Made by a program: the position numbers and the translations under genes. A stretch of DNA of 63,886 nt, the filler included, from Reclinomonas americana ATCC 50394 (Eukaryota): the NCBI GenBank assembly GCA_048213135.1. It is 20 parts of 20 records of this genome, joined end to end, with 100 filler letters (N's around TTAATTAATTAA, not from the genome) between each part and the next. Parts side by side here need not be neighbours in the genome. Positions count along the whole stretch, not along the records: positions 21,913 to 33,625 come from AFZH01023997.1; positions 33,726 to 36,781 come from AFZH01023998.1; positions 36,882 to 38,717 come from AFZH01023999.1; 17 more parts are not named here. One strand, 5' to 3'. Numbering within the stretch: position 1 is the stretch's first letter; each line of letters opens with the position of its first letter. This document shows, one piece after another, positions 25,101 to 36,890 of this stretch. The notes beneath the pieces are model-generated. The model did no database searches. It was not told where the DNA came from and saw only the letters and a program-made list of their open reading frames with translations.

Positions 25101-27306
25101 CGATATCGATGAGGCAGTTGGTATGTTGTGAGACAAACTTCACGTGCGCGCAGCCTGATTTCTTGAGACTGAAGGCGTGTTTTGAACTGCAGGCAACAGC
25201 CAGAACAAGTTGCTGCAGTCAATGGAGAAGATTGCTGCGGCGCTCAACTCTCTTGGCAAGTACGCTGAAGCGGAGGAAATTCAGCGACGGGTGGTGGCCG
25301 ATCAAGAGCGGACTCTTGGAGTCGACCATCCGGACACCATCACCAGTCGCGCCAACTTAGTGTTAACACTCCAGTCACTTGGCAAGTATGTCGAGGCTGA
25401 GGAGATTGAGCGACGCGTGGTTGCCGACCGTGAGCGGATTCTTGGAGTCGATCATCCACACACCATCAACAGTCGTGCCAACTTGGCATCGACACTCGAC
25501 TCACTTGGCAAGGATGCTGAGGCCGAGGAGATTCAGCGACGGGTGGTGGCCGACAATGAGCGAATTCTTGGCGTCGACCATCCGCACACCATCATCAGTC
25601 GCCACATCTTGGCATCGACACTCGACTCACTTGGCAAGGATGCCGAGGCCGAGGAAATGAAGCGGCGTGTGGTGGCCGACAATGAGCGGATTCTTGGCGT
25701 CGACCATCCGCACACCATCACCAGTCGCCACAACTTGGCATCGACACTGCTGTCACTTGGCAAGGATGCCGAGGCCGAGGAGATCCAGCGGCGTGTGGTG
25801 GCCGACAATGAGCGAATTCTTGGCGTCGACCATCCGCACACCATCACCAGTCGCCACAACTTGGCATCGACACTGCTGTCACTTGGCAAGGATGCCGAGG
25901 CCGAGGAGATCCAGCGACGGTTGGTGGCCGATCAAGAGCGGATTCTTGGCGTCGACCATCCGCACACCATCACCAGTCGCCACAACTTAGTGTTAACACT
26001 CTACGCACTCGACAAGTATGCCGACGCCGAGGAGATTCAGCGGCGTGTGGCGGCTGACTATGAGCGGATTCTTGGCGTCGACCATCCGGGCACCATCAAC
26101 AGTCGTGCCAACTTGGCGATGACACTCCAGTCACTTGGCAAGTATGTCGAGGCCGAGGAGATTCAGCGACGGGTGGTGGCCGACAGTGAGCGAATTCTTG
26201 GCGTCGACCATCCGCACACCATCACCAGTCGCCACAACTTGGCATCGACACTCTACGCACTCGGCAAGGATGCCGAGGCCGAGGAGATCCAGCGACGTGT
26301 GGTGGCCGACCGTGAGCGGATTCTTGGAGGCGACCATCCAAAAACTATCACCAGTCAGCACAACTTGGCGATGACACTCCAGTCACTTGGCAAGTATGTC
26401 GAGGCCGAGGAGATTCAGCGACGGGTGGTTGCCGACCGAGAGCGGATTCTTGGAGCCGACCATCCAAGCACCATCGCCAGTCGTCGCAACTTGGCGTCGA
26501 CACTCTGGTCGCTTGGCAAGTATGTCGAGGCCGAGGAGATTCAGCGACGGGTGGTGGCCGACCGTGAGCGGATTCTTGGAGTCGACCATCCACACACCAT
26601 CACCAGTCGTGCCAACTTGGCGATGACACTCCAGTCACTTGGCAAGTATGTCGAGGCCGAGGGTATTCTGCGACGCGTGATGGCTGACTGTGAGCGGATT
26701 CTTGGAGTCGACCATCCGGGCACCATCAACAGTCGTGCCAACTTGGCGATGACACTCCAGTCACTTGGCAAGTATGTCGAGGCCGAGGAGATTCAGCGAC
26801 GCGTGATGGCTGACTGTGAGCGGATTCGTGGGGTCAACCATCCAGACACCATCACCAGTCGTCACAACTTGGCGATGACACTCCAGTCACTTGGCAAGTA
26901 TGTCGAGGCCGAGGAGATTCAGCGACGCGTGGTTGCCGACTATGAGCGGATTCTTAGAGTCGACCATCCACACACCATCACCAGTCGTGCCAACTTGGCG
27001 TCGACACTCCAGTCACTTGGCAAGTATGTCGAGGCCGAGGAGATTCAGCGACGGGTGGTTGCCGACCGAGAGCGGATTCTTGGAGTCGACCATCCGGACA
27101 CCATCAACAGTCGTGCTAACTTGGCGTCAACACTCCAGTCACTTGGCAAGTATGTCGAGGCCGAGGAGATTCAGCGGCGTGTGGTGGCCGACCGTGAGCG
27201 GATTCTTGGAGTCGACCATGCAGGCACTATCAGCGTTCGTCACAACCTGGCTTCGATACTCCAGTCGCTTGGCAAGTATGCTGCCGACAATGAGCAGGGC
27301 GGCTAG
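22152..27306 (+). CDS. Lipase_3-like (Ser->Asn) domain plus helical linker plus 16 KLC-type 42-aa TPR repeats
   Basis: Exons give VNVCIAGTR..TDWWTD..RVSVHGHNLGSAI..VNAYLFATIPVP..SYSNAGDWL..NGHPIGDHF, which is class-3 lipase motif order. Terminal exon ~25194-27306 is a TPR array. The start at 22152 (MKFYL|) is inferred from a phase-compatible intron. Linker exons are less certain. Confidence 0.75.
22545..22598 (+). repeat. 4 x 13-bp tandem repeat GATTGCGTCACAT
   Basis: Units start at 22545, 22558, 22571 (with an extra CA) and 22586. Confidence 0.92.
25252..27267 (+). repeat. Coding tandem array, 16 x 126 bp (42-aa TPR)
   Basis: Consensus LGKYVEAEEIQRRVVADxERILGVDHPxTIxSRxNLAxTLxS. 14 + 16x42 + 12 = 698 aa, matching ORF 25210-27306. 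Confidence 0.97.
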
Positions 27307-27627
27307 ATGAATTGTGTCTCGCCAGCTTTGTCGGGGACATTGAGCGTTAGACCCTGCAACTCGTGCTTCGTGATCAACTGTTACAACAACAACTGTTTAA
27401 AGTCTAACTCAATCTGCCCAGATTGACATCTTCTCCATGCCAGATGCTTGCATACAGTCGCCGAATGGCACTTTCCCACTATCTCACAATTTCATACTCA
27501 GTCCATACTTGATGTTCTCGTCCTCTTGCTGTCCTCCTTCTCCTCTCCTCTCCCCCGCACCCCTCTCAAACCTCATCTCCAGAGACACCCACCAACGAAA
27601 GCGCCTGACACTTCTCCCACCCATCAT

Positions 27628-30600
27628 TCAATACAAACTCGCCACCTTCACCCCACCCGGCCCCTCCCTCTCCAACCTCGACACCGCCTCCAACGACAAC
27701 CTCCACGCCGCCGGATCCACCACAAACGACCCAGCTATCCGACCACCCGGCCCATCCTGCGCCCCGGCACTCACCGTCGGGAAATACAGCCCCGGCGGCA
27801 ACCGCTGCTGCACCGGCACCATCCCCAGCACGCGCCCATTCAGCGACGCCAACACGTCGCCCGTCGCCGTAAACACACCGAAACCGACCCGATCGCCCGT
27901 GCCGTACAGCGGGCCCATTTGCTCGCCCGGCCCGAACGACGAGTACGCAATGCCGTCGTCGCCGTGGTAGGCCACTGAGAGGGGGTGCCAGCCCACCTTG
28001 AGAGGCAAAGTGAGCTGAAGGGAAGGAGAGATGACACGCACACTCTCCTTCTGCTCACCTGCAGCTGATGCAAATCAAACTGCGAAAACGCCACCCCTGC
28101 ACATCTCGGCACGTCGCCTTCCACTTCATCAAAGTGAATCTCAAAGTAACACAAGCTCTGCACACACTGTTGTCAACACATCGACGAGAATCACCACCAG
28201 AAGCAAATCACGCACATTGCTGTCGGCATCCACCTCAATCGGCAGCTTGAGCTGCGCACAATCTCAGCACTCAAATCATCCCTCACCACCTCCCTTTAAC
28301 CCACCCACCTGCATAACATGCGGCCCGCACAGGCACACAGTCTTGTCGTACTCAAACGACATGCCAACGGGGTGCTCGGGTGGATGCGCCCCCCGATTCA
28401 CAAACGACGGAGCAAAGCGCGCAAAACTCGGCATCGCCTGCGCGTCCCTTAGCTGGCGCAGACAGAAGCGGAACGGCGCCTCCATCCACCGTCTCTCATC
28501 GGCACCAGCCGCCGGCAGAACACTCATCACGCACGTCATGTTGCCGAGCATGTGCGCCCCTTCGTTGCCGCTGCTAAAGGTCGGAAAGTACACGCCCGGC
28601 TCCAGCGGCGGTCGCTGCAGGAAGCCCAGGAAGACGCCATTCAGCGTCGCCCACACCTCGCCCTCCTGCAAGTCGACGCCTGTGCACGAGTGAGAGCAGT
28701 GACGAACAGCAGGGGAGGGAGGTAAGGAGGACAGACCAATGCCGACAGTGTCGCCGGCACCGTACAGCGGTCCAAAGGCATTGCCGACACTCAGATCTGT
28801 GATCCAGCGATTCAGCACACACACACACACACACTCGCAGTATCTTGCCCTCCTTCTCTGTCAATCAATCGCGTTTCCAGAGCAGCATTCTTTCTCCAAT
28901 CTCAAGCAAACACTCGCAGTTTTCACTCTTACTTTTCTCTCTCTCGTACTCTCTCTCTCCCTCTCTCTCGCATACACACACTTTCTTCCTCGTCAGTCGA
29001 CCATGCACTCAGAGCAGCATGCCATTCTCTCCCCTGTGTCGCACACAAACTCGGAGCCTCTTGTCTTCCCTCTGTCGCAGACTCAGAGCAGCATCCTTCT
29101 CTCTCAAATACACACACACAGACAGACACTTGCAGTCACTCTCGCTCGCCAGTCAGTCACAGACTCGGAATAGCATCCTTCTCTCGCTCCCATATACACT
29201 CGCAGCATCTCCCTCTCTCATCATCAATCAGTCACAGACTCTGCGCAGCACCATTTTCTCTCCTAAATGACACACTCGCAGACACGATCGCACTGTCTCC
29301 TTGCTCTCTGACACATGCAGGGCAGCATAATTCTTTTCTCTCTCACGCACTCCCAGCCATTTCCTCCCTCGCTGTCAGATAGTTAAAGATTCAGAGTAAC
29401 AACCTACTCTCTCTTCTCTCACTCACACGCACACACTTACAAGCAGACTCTCTGCCTCCTCTGCCAGTCAGTCACAGACTCAGTATTCTTCTCTCGTTCT
29501 CACTCTCTGTCGATCAGAAACATATTCCGGGCAGCACTCTTCTCCCCTCTCTCACTCTCACACTCCCCTGGCCATTATCCCTCTGCCAATTGGTCACAGA
29601 TTCAGAGGGCATTCCTCTCTCTCGCTCCAGTACTCGATCTCTCTCTTTCTCTGTCAATCAGCCGCAGATTCCGAGCTGCATCCATACCTCTCTTGCCTCT
29701 CTCGCCTCTCTCTCTCTCTCTCTCCCATTCTTTTCCCTCTCCCTCTCTCTCCTCTCTTCCCTCTCTCTCTCTTCCTCTCTCTGTCTCCCTCTCTCTTCCC
29801 CACGCACACACGCCTCCATACTCGTGCCCATTGTCCCCGTGATACGCTCGACTCTCGTGCGTCCACCCCACATGCATATCGTTGAGCGGAAACGCCGCCG
29901 GCGCCACTCCCAGACACCGCGCGTCTGCGCCCGTGCACTCCTCCACCTCCATCTCAAAGTAGAAAAGACCCTGGCAGAGAGGAGGGTTGGCGACAAAGGC
30001 TCGTGGCAGAGCGAAGGACGGAAAACGCAACTCGTTCTGCTGGGCCGATCTTGATGGGCGCGTTGAGCTGCGGAAAGAGGTGAGAATGGGGATGTACAAG
30101 GCAACGCGAAGAGCGTGGAGAAAGGAAGCGAGGAGAGGACAGGGGAAACAGAGAAAGGGACAACGAGAGACGAATGACTCTGGGCGCACAAGTGAGCAAG
30201 TGTGCGAGTGAACACGTGGGAAAGTAGAAGAGCACAGCGAGGCAGTGTGCGAGCGGAGAGTGAGGGCAATGGAAGACAAGGCAGAGTGAGAAAGCGGCGC
30301 AGAAGTCTGCGAGAGGGGGAGTGTGTGACAGCGCGGACAGTGAGTCGGAAGGAGAGTAGAGTGAGGGAGAGTGAGAGCGAGGAGTGCTTCGAAGGACTTG
30401 AGGAGTGCATGCAGAAGTCTCTGAATGAACGCACTTTGAGAGCGAGAAGGAGAGCGCGATCACGCGAAGAGTGTGTGCGGAAGAGAAGAGCAGTGTGTGA
30501 GCGGAGAGCGAGGTTACTGGAGCTGAAGAGAAGAGTGAGCGAGTGCAAAAGTCTGTGAATCATCGACGAAGGAGAGGGAGAGTGAGTGGGAAGGAAGAAC

Positions 30601-31939
30601 AGTGAGGGAGAGAAGTGTGCTTTCGTAGAGTTGAGAAGTGTGATGAAGTGCATGCAGAAGTCTGTGAACGAAACTCAGTTAGAGAGCGAGAAGGACGCGA
30701 AGAGTGAGTGCGGAAGAGAAGAACACAGTGTGTGAGCGGAGAGCGAGGTTGCTGGAGCTGACGAGAAGAGTGAGCGAGTGCAGAAGTCTGTGAATCATCG
30801 ACGAAAGAGAGGGAGTGAGAGACAACGAGTGGGAAGAAGAGCAGAGGGAGGGAGCTGAGAGTAAGAGAACTGGAAGTGAAGAGAAGAGTGAGCGGACGAA
30901 AAAGGAGTGCAGCAAGTGAGCAAGTATGTGGGAAAGAAGAAGAGCACAATGAGGCAGTGCGTGAGCGGAGAGCGAGGTTGCCGGAGCTGAAGAGAAGAGT
31001 GAGCGAGTGCAAAAGTCTGTGAATCATCGACGAAAGAGAGGGAGTGAGTGACTGCGCGGATAGCGTGTGGGAAGAAGAGCAGAGCAGAGCGAGGGAGTGC
31101 TAATGCTGAGAGTAAGAGAACTGGAAGCGGACGAAAAGGTCTGAATGAGTGCAGTAAGTGAGCGAGTGTGTGGGAAAGAAGAAGAGCACAGTGAGGTAGT
31201 GTGTGAGCGGAGAGTGAGGGCAATGGAAGACAAGGCAGAGTGAGAAAGCGGCGCAGAAGTCCGTGAATCATCGACGTAAGAGGCGGAGTGAGTGACAGCG
31301 TGGGCAGTGAGTCGGAAGGAGAGCAGAGTGAGGAAGTGTCGCTGGGTCGGAAGAGAAGGCGCAGAAATCCAAAACGAACGCAGTGAGAGAGTGATAGGAA
31401 ATGCACGGCCAGGCAACGAGTATGAGTGGAAGGGAGAAGAAGAGCAGGCTGCGCAAGTGTGTGAGAGAGAGAGAGCGCGCACTGGAAGTCTGCGAATCAT
31501 CGACGAAAGAGAGGGAGAGTGAGTGGGAAGGAAGAACAGCGAGAGTTGAGAAGGTAGCGCATGCAGAAGTCTGTGAACGAAACTCAGTTAGAGAGCGAGA
31601 AGGACGCGAAGAGTGTGCGCGGAAGAGAAGAGCACAGCAAAGCAGTGTGCGACAAGGAGGAGTGCGCAAGATCACGAAACTGAATGAATGATCACAGAAT
31701 GCAATGCCTGCTTCATCACACACACACACATGCTGCTCTCCTTCTCTCTCCCTGCTCTCTCTCTCTCTCTCTCTCACTCCCTGCTCTCTCCCTGCTCCCT
31801 CTCCCACACACACCTGCACAATCCCGACACCACGCGTTCCCACAGGCAACAACAAGCGCACCCTCTGCAAGCCCGCCTCCTCCCCTCCACCACCAACAAC
31901 AACACGTTGCTCAAAGGCAGCCCACGCGCGAGACACCAT
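27628..31939 (-). CDS. Protein with two tandem SPRY (B30.2) domains
   Basis: Two copies of YFE..G(V)A..VGW..S.AYHGD(N/D)G..GPLYG.GD.VG.G..LNG..LG..PGxYFPT. ATG at 31939. The 3' end is either the stop at 27628 or further small exons ending near 27484. Confidence 0.88.
30200..31680 (-). repeat. Intronic degenerate minisatellite in SPRY gene intron 1
   Basis: Recurring AAGTCTGTGAATCATCGACGAA (near 30549, 30784, 31013, 31257, 31487) and GTGAGCGGAGAGCGAGGTT blocks on +. Confidence 0.75.
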
Positions 31940-31995
31940 TTGACAAAAGGACACAGAAGTTGTCCTGTGTCTCTTGTGTGACTGTGTGACTGAGA

Positions 31996-32571
31996 ATGAA
32001 GGTTCTGTGGAGTGTGCGTCGCTGGATGTCCACCACCACTGGTCTCTCAAAGCTTCCGCGTATCACGAATGAGCCAATGGTGAGTGTGTGTGTGTGTGAG
32101 GGTTGGCCATTGCGTGTTGTCTCTGTTGTGCGCGCTCTTGTGTGTGTGAGTGAGAGTGTGTGTGTGTGTGTTAGGGAAGGGAAGGGAAGAGGGTATGAGA
32201 GAGTGAGTGAGTGAGTGAGTGAGAAGGTGACGCAGATTGATTCACATATTCTCCGCGGTGATTGTGTGTGTATTGTGTGTGTGCGTGTGTGTGTGTGAGA
32301 GAGAGAGAGAGAGTGAGTGTGTGAGTGTGTGAGAGTGAGAGAGTGAGAGAGTGAGAGAGTGAGAGAGAAGATGCACATATTCCGAACTCTCTCTTCTGTC
32401 TCTCTCGCACGCACTCTGTTCACTCACACATACGCGCGCACACTCACACTCACCCACTCATGCACACTCATAGACATGGGAGAGTGAGCGGAGAAAGGAC
32501 ATGAGTCTGCATTCTTCCGTGAATCACTCACACTGTCCCTCTTCGCTTCCCTCTCTCCCCCTCCCTCTCCA

Positions 32572-32604
<33 letters not shown>

Positions 32605-33533
32605 TGCACACACACACATTCACACTCACTCACGCTCACTCATTCCCACACCAGGGAGATTGCAGGAGTCTGTTTTGTTGCTTCTCTCACTCACTCTCTA
32701 TCCCCGTCACTCTCCCCCCTCTCTCTCACACACACATTCACACACACACTCACTCATTCCCCTCATGTGCACTCAGGGGAGAGTTTGCAGGATTCTGCAT
32801 TCTTCCTCACTCATTCTCTCTTTGTCTCCTTCTCCCTTTACTCTCTCCCCTTCAATCTCCGCCCTTCACCTTTCACTATTTCCCTCTCTCCTTCCCTTCC
32901 CTCCATCTCTCCCCTTCACTCCCCTCTCCCCCTCACCCTTCGCCCTTCACCCTTCACTCTCTCCTACTTTCCTTCCCTCACGCTCTCTCCCCTTCACTCT
33001 CCCCTTCACTCTCCCTCTCTGCTTCCCTCATTCCTTTGTGATTTGCATGTGAGCAGAAGAACTATGCGCCTGGGAGTGCCGAACGCGAGGCCTTGGCCAA
33101 GGCCATCAAGCAGGCACGCTCGAAAGTGCATGAGATCCCCTGCATCATCAATGGACGCGAGGTCTGTGTCTTGTCGATGTCGAAGTGTGTGTTCGGAATC
33201 CGTGCATCTCTTTGCAGGCTGACTGTGTTGTCTGTGTCGTGGCAGATTTACACGGGCAAGGTGCAGCAGCAGCTGGTGCCGTATGATCACAAGTCGGTGC
33301 TGGCGAACGTGCATTGCGCGACGCCGGAGTTGATCAAGGAGGTGGGTGGCGGGTGATTCTTCTTCCCCTCATCCCTTCCCCCTCAACCTCCCTCTTCCCT
33401 TCCTTCCTCCCTTCCCCTCTTTGCAGGCCGTGGCCGGTGCCGTCGAGGCCCAGAAGAAGTGGAGCCGCACGACCTTCGAGCAGCGCGCTGCCGTGTTTTT
33501 GAAGGCCGCCGACCTGCTCGCCGGCAAGCACCG
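31996..33533 (+). CDS. ALDH4A1: Delta-1-pyrroline-5-carboxylate dehydrogenase (ALDH4), first 4 exons
   Basis: MKVLWSVRRWMSTTTGLSKLPRITNEPM|KNYAPGSAEREAL..EIPCIINGRE|IYTG..PYDHKSVLA..|AVAGAVEAQKKWSRTTFEQRAAVFLKAADLLAGKHR. Basic, acid-free mitochondrial-type presequence. Confidence 0.92.
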
Positions 33534-35001
33534 GTGCGTGTGTTTGTGTGTCTGTCTGTCTGTCTGTCTGCATGATTATCTCCCTCCTCTTTGTGTGTGT
33601 GCGGGGAAGAGGGGTGGGGAATGGANNNNNNNNNNNNNNNNNNNNNNNNNNNNNNNNNNNNNNNNNNNNTTAATTAATTAANNNNNNNNNNNNNNNNNNN
33701 NNNNNNNNNNNNNNNNNNNNNNNNNAATGATATCCACTACGCATCTGAGAGATGCGAGCTTGCACAAAAGGGTCGGCAAGGCCGGCCATGTGCAACCATT
33801 GGCGCGAGAGCGCCAACAGAACACACGCCGAGTGCAGTGTCTTTCACAAGGAAAGGGCACAACCGTCTGCCTGGTGACCTCCTTGCCTACTCCGAGAAAG
33901 AATCGGGGTTGGAGGAAGCCACCAGGTGGTTCACTCGCACGAAGGCGGCAAACCACGGGAACAATCATCCAATGGATTGCAGGACGGAGTGACAGATGGA
34001 GAGATAATCGACAGCTGTCTAACGACGTCGGCAATCCTTCTGCAATGAGCCAATCGCAATTTCGAGCTACAGGAATGCAAAGTCTGTGCCGAGGCCTGGC
34101 CTTAGAATGACCGTAGCTCACCGACAACATGCGTTAAACACCAGTCATCTTCTCCTTCAGGATCCGGTTTTTCATCATTTCGAATTTGTCGATATTGATC
34201 CGGTTTTGCATTTTTCGCTGCGATATCGATATTGCAGCCTCTGCGCGCATTTGGACCACGTATCTGTCTCTGTTTCCGGTGCTCTCTCGCAGGATGCTGC
34301 CGGGGATCATCATGAAGGAATGGAAGAATTTCTCTTGCAGGTACAGCAACGTTGTTCGACCGCGAAATCGCAGCGAATTCGAAGCTCCAGAACGCTCTCC
34401 TGACTACGTTTGGAGAGAGTTCCATACGCGCAAACCAGGTGGCTTGCTCTCGTAAGAGAGGAAGCCTACAGAAGCAAGGAACTGAAGGAGAGGACACTAC
34501 AGGTATGGATTGTCCTCGACTTCGTGTTCCGCAGCTCAACACTTCCATCACACTCGCAAGGAATTCTTCAGCCGGATTCAAGACTTATGTGTACATGTGG
34601 ATGTTTTATATGCTGGTTACGTCATCAGACACTTGTTGCAACTGCTTGTCTGTTTTTGAATTTTTTTGTTTTTTGGTCTCTCGCTGCGATTTTGCAGCCT
34701 CAGCGTGCATTCGAACCCCGCGTCTTTCTCTGTTTGTATCGCTCTCTCGCACGATACTTGCAAAGATCACCATGGTTTCTCATGCAGAAACGCCAGCATT
34801 AGCAATCGATATCTCGACTTTTTCTCGTTTTTTTCCGTGATGTTTGAGTTTCTGGTGCTCACTCAAGATGGTGATCATCATGCAGCTGTGTGCTGTTTGG
34901 AATACGTCGAAAGTTGTTGTTGTCGTGCCTTCCACAAGGTCAATTTCGCTCGCGTCTCGCATTGTCCCCGATTATCACACACACACAACGCGCGACACAC
35001 C

Positions 35002-35908
35002 ATGCCGTCGCGCTGTCGCTCCCACGTGCAGGAGCGCCCTCGCTGTCGCCCAGCCCTCTCCTACCAACTCTTTGTGTGCTCATTGGCGTTGTTGGCGGCC
35101 ATGAGTGTGCTTCTGGCGCAGGCGATTGTCACGGATGTGGACATGGAGTGGCAGCGTGGTGATCCGTATGTGTTGTTGGCCGCCTATCCAAAGGCGTTTG
35201 GGTTGGATGTCGGTTCGACGGTGGTTGGCGCGCTTAATGTCGCCTACAGTGATGTGAGCAAGGAGGGATAAAGGGGGAGAATGTCTGCATCAGTGCAGCG
35301 GCTGTGTTGTGTCTGCTTGCTTGAGCGTGTTTATGTGTGCTTCCTCTCTCTCTCTTGTGCACACACTGTCTCTCTCCTTTGCTGTGTTTGTGTGTGTGCA
35401 TTGAGTGTGTGCATTGTGGGGTCTTCTCTCTTTCTGCTTGTGTTGTTTTGGTGCATCAGTTGAGCGTGTCTCTGTCTTTTGCGAGGCAGCAGTGAGGCTC
35501 ATCACTGTGCTCTCTCTCTCGCGCCCTCTCAAATGCACACACACTGTCTTGTTTGTCTTTGTGTCTGATTGCGCGCGTTTCTCTCTCTCTCCCACTCACA
35601 CGCACACACGCCTCTCCTCTCCTCTCACTCTCTTTCGCCGTGTTTGTGTGTGCGTGTGCGTTTGTTTGTTGTGTGACATGGTCATGTCGTGTTTGTTTGT
35701 TGCTCACTCGCTTTCTCCCCCGCCTTCAGTCGTCATCACAAGTGCCGTTGGTGTTCGGCTTGGTGCCGTTTACCGATTATGTTACGCATGAGCGCATTTT
35801 TTCGTCTTCAAAAGTGTGATTTTTCTCACGTTTGTTGCATGCAGGATCGAACGCGATCGCAGCTCGGTCTCACGTTGCCGCTCATTTGTGAGGCGATGCC
35901 GTCGGCAG
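35002..35908 (+). CDS. Signal-peptide-bearing N-terminal exons, probably the 5' part of the GOST 7TM gene on the next contig
   Basis: Hydrophobic QLFVCSLALLAAMSVLLAQA, then ..AFGLDVGS..; exons at ~35002-35253, 35730-35780 and 35845-35908. Same strand as, and adjacent to, the GOST fragment. Confidence 0.55.
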
Positions 35909-35929
35909 TTGTTGCGTCTCCTCAGACCT

Positions 35930-36781
35930 CTTGGCCTCGGCTCTTTGTCTCCCCGTTTTCTCTGTCCTCCTCCCCTGCCTCTGCTTCTCCTGCCTGTGCT
36001 TCGTCCTGCATATCAGTGCCTGGCTCCTTGTCTCCCGTTTTCTCTGTCCTCCTCCTCTGCTTCTTCTTGCCATCTCCTGCCTTTGTTTCGTCCCTCCTTC
36101 TCCTCCTGCATATCAGTGCTTGGCTCTTTGTCTCGCCTCCTCTGTATCCTCGTCCGCTTCCTCTTGCCTTCTCCTGGCTGTGCTTCGTCCCTCCTTCTCC
36201 TCCTGCGTATCAGTGCTTGGCTCTTTGTCTCGCTTCGTTTCCTCCTGCCGTCTCCTGCCTCTGCTTCTCCTCTTCTTCTCCTCCTGCCTATCAGTGCTTG
36301 GCTCTTTGTCTCCTGTTTTCTCTTCTTCCTCTTGCCGTCTGCTGCCTCTGCTTCGTACCTCCTTCTCCTCCTGCAAATAAGTGCTTGGCTCCTTGTCTCG
36401 CTTCCTCTGTCCTCTTCTTCCTCTTGCCGTCTCCTGCCTCTGCTTCGTACCTCCTTCTCCTCCTGCATATAAGTGCTTGGCCACGTTTTCCCTGTCCTTC
36501 TCTGCTTCCTCCTTCCTTCTCCTGCCTGTGCTTCGTCCTTCCTTCTCCTCCTGCCTATCAGTGCTTGGCTCTTTGTCTCACCTCCTCTGTCCTCTTCTGC
36601 TTCCTCTAGCCTTCTCCTGCCTGTGCTTCGTCCTTCCTTCTCCTCCTGCCTATCAGTGCTTGGCTCCTTGTCTCGCTTCCTCTGTCCTCCTCCTCTGCTT
36701 CCTCTTGCCATCTTCTGCCTGTGCTTCGTCCTTCCTTCTCCTCCTGCCTGTCAGTGCTTGGCTCCTTGTCTCGCTTCCTCT
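35930..36781 (+). repeat. Intronic pyrimidine-rich minisatellite (~85-105-bp units)
   Basis: About 9 copies of CTCCTCCTGCxTATCAGTGCTTGGCTC(T/C)TTGTCTC with variable CT-rich spacers. Confidence 0.85.
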
Positions 36782-36890
36782 NNNNNNNNNNNNNNNNNNN
36801 NNNNNNNNNNNNNNNNNNNNNNNNNTTAATTAATTAANNNNNNNNNNNNNNNNNNNNNNNNNNNNNNNNNNNNNNNNNNNNCCTTCGCAG

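Noticed and set aside
24180..25200. NACHT/NB-ARC domain between lipase and TPR (a classical NLR)
   Set aside because: No GxxGxGK[ST] Walker A in any plausible exon, and the linker is too short.
25252..27267. Regular 126-bp periodicity as a CRISPR array or satellite
   Set aside because: There are no unique spacers and the whole array is an open TPR-coding frame.
33726..34581. Minus-strand gene (ORF 34102-34581, possible chromodomain-like EDDWCLTHVV)
   Set aside because: I could not build a consistent exon chain or motif, and the region overlaps a non-coding-looking repeat.
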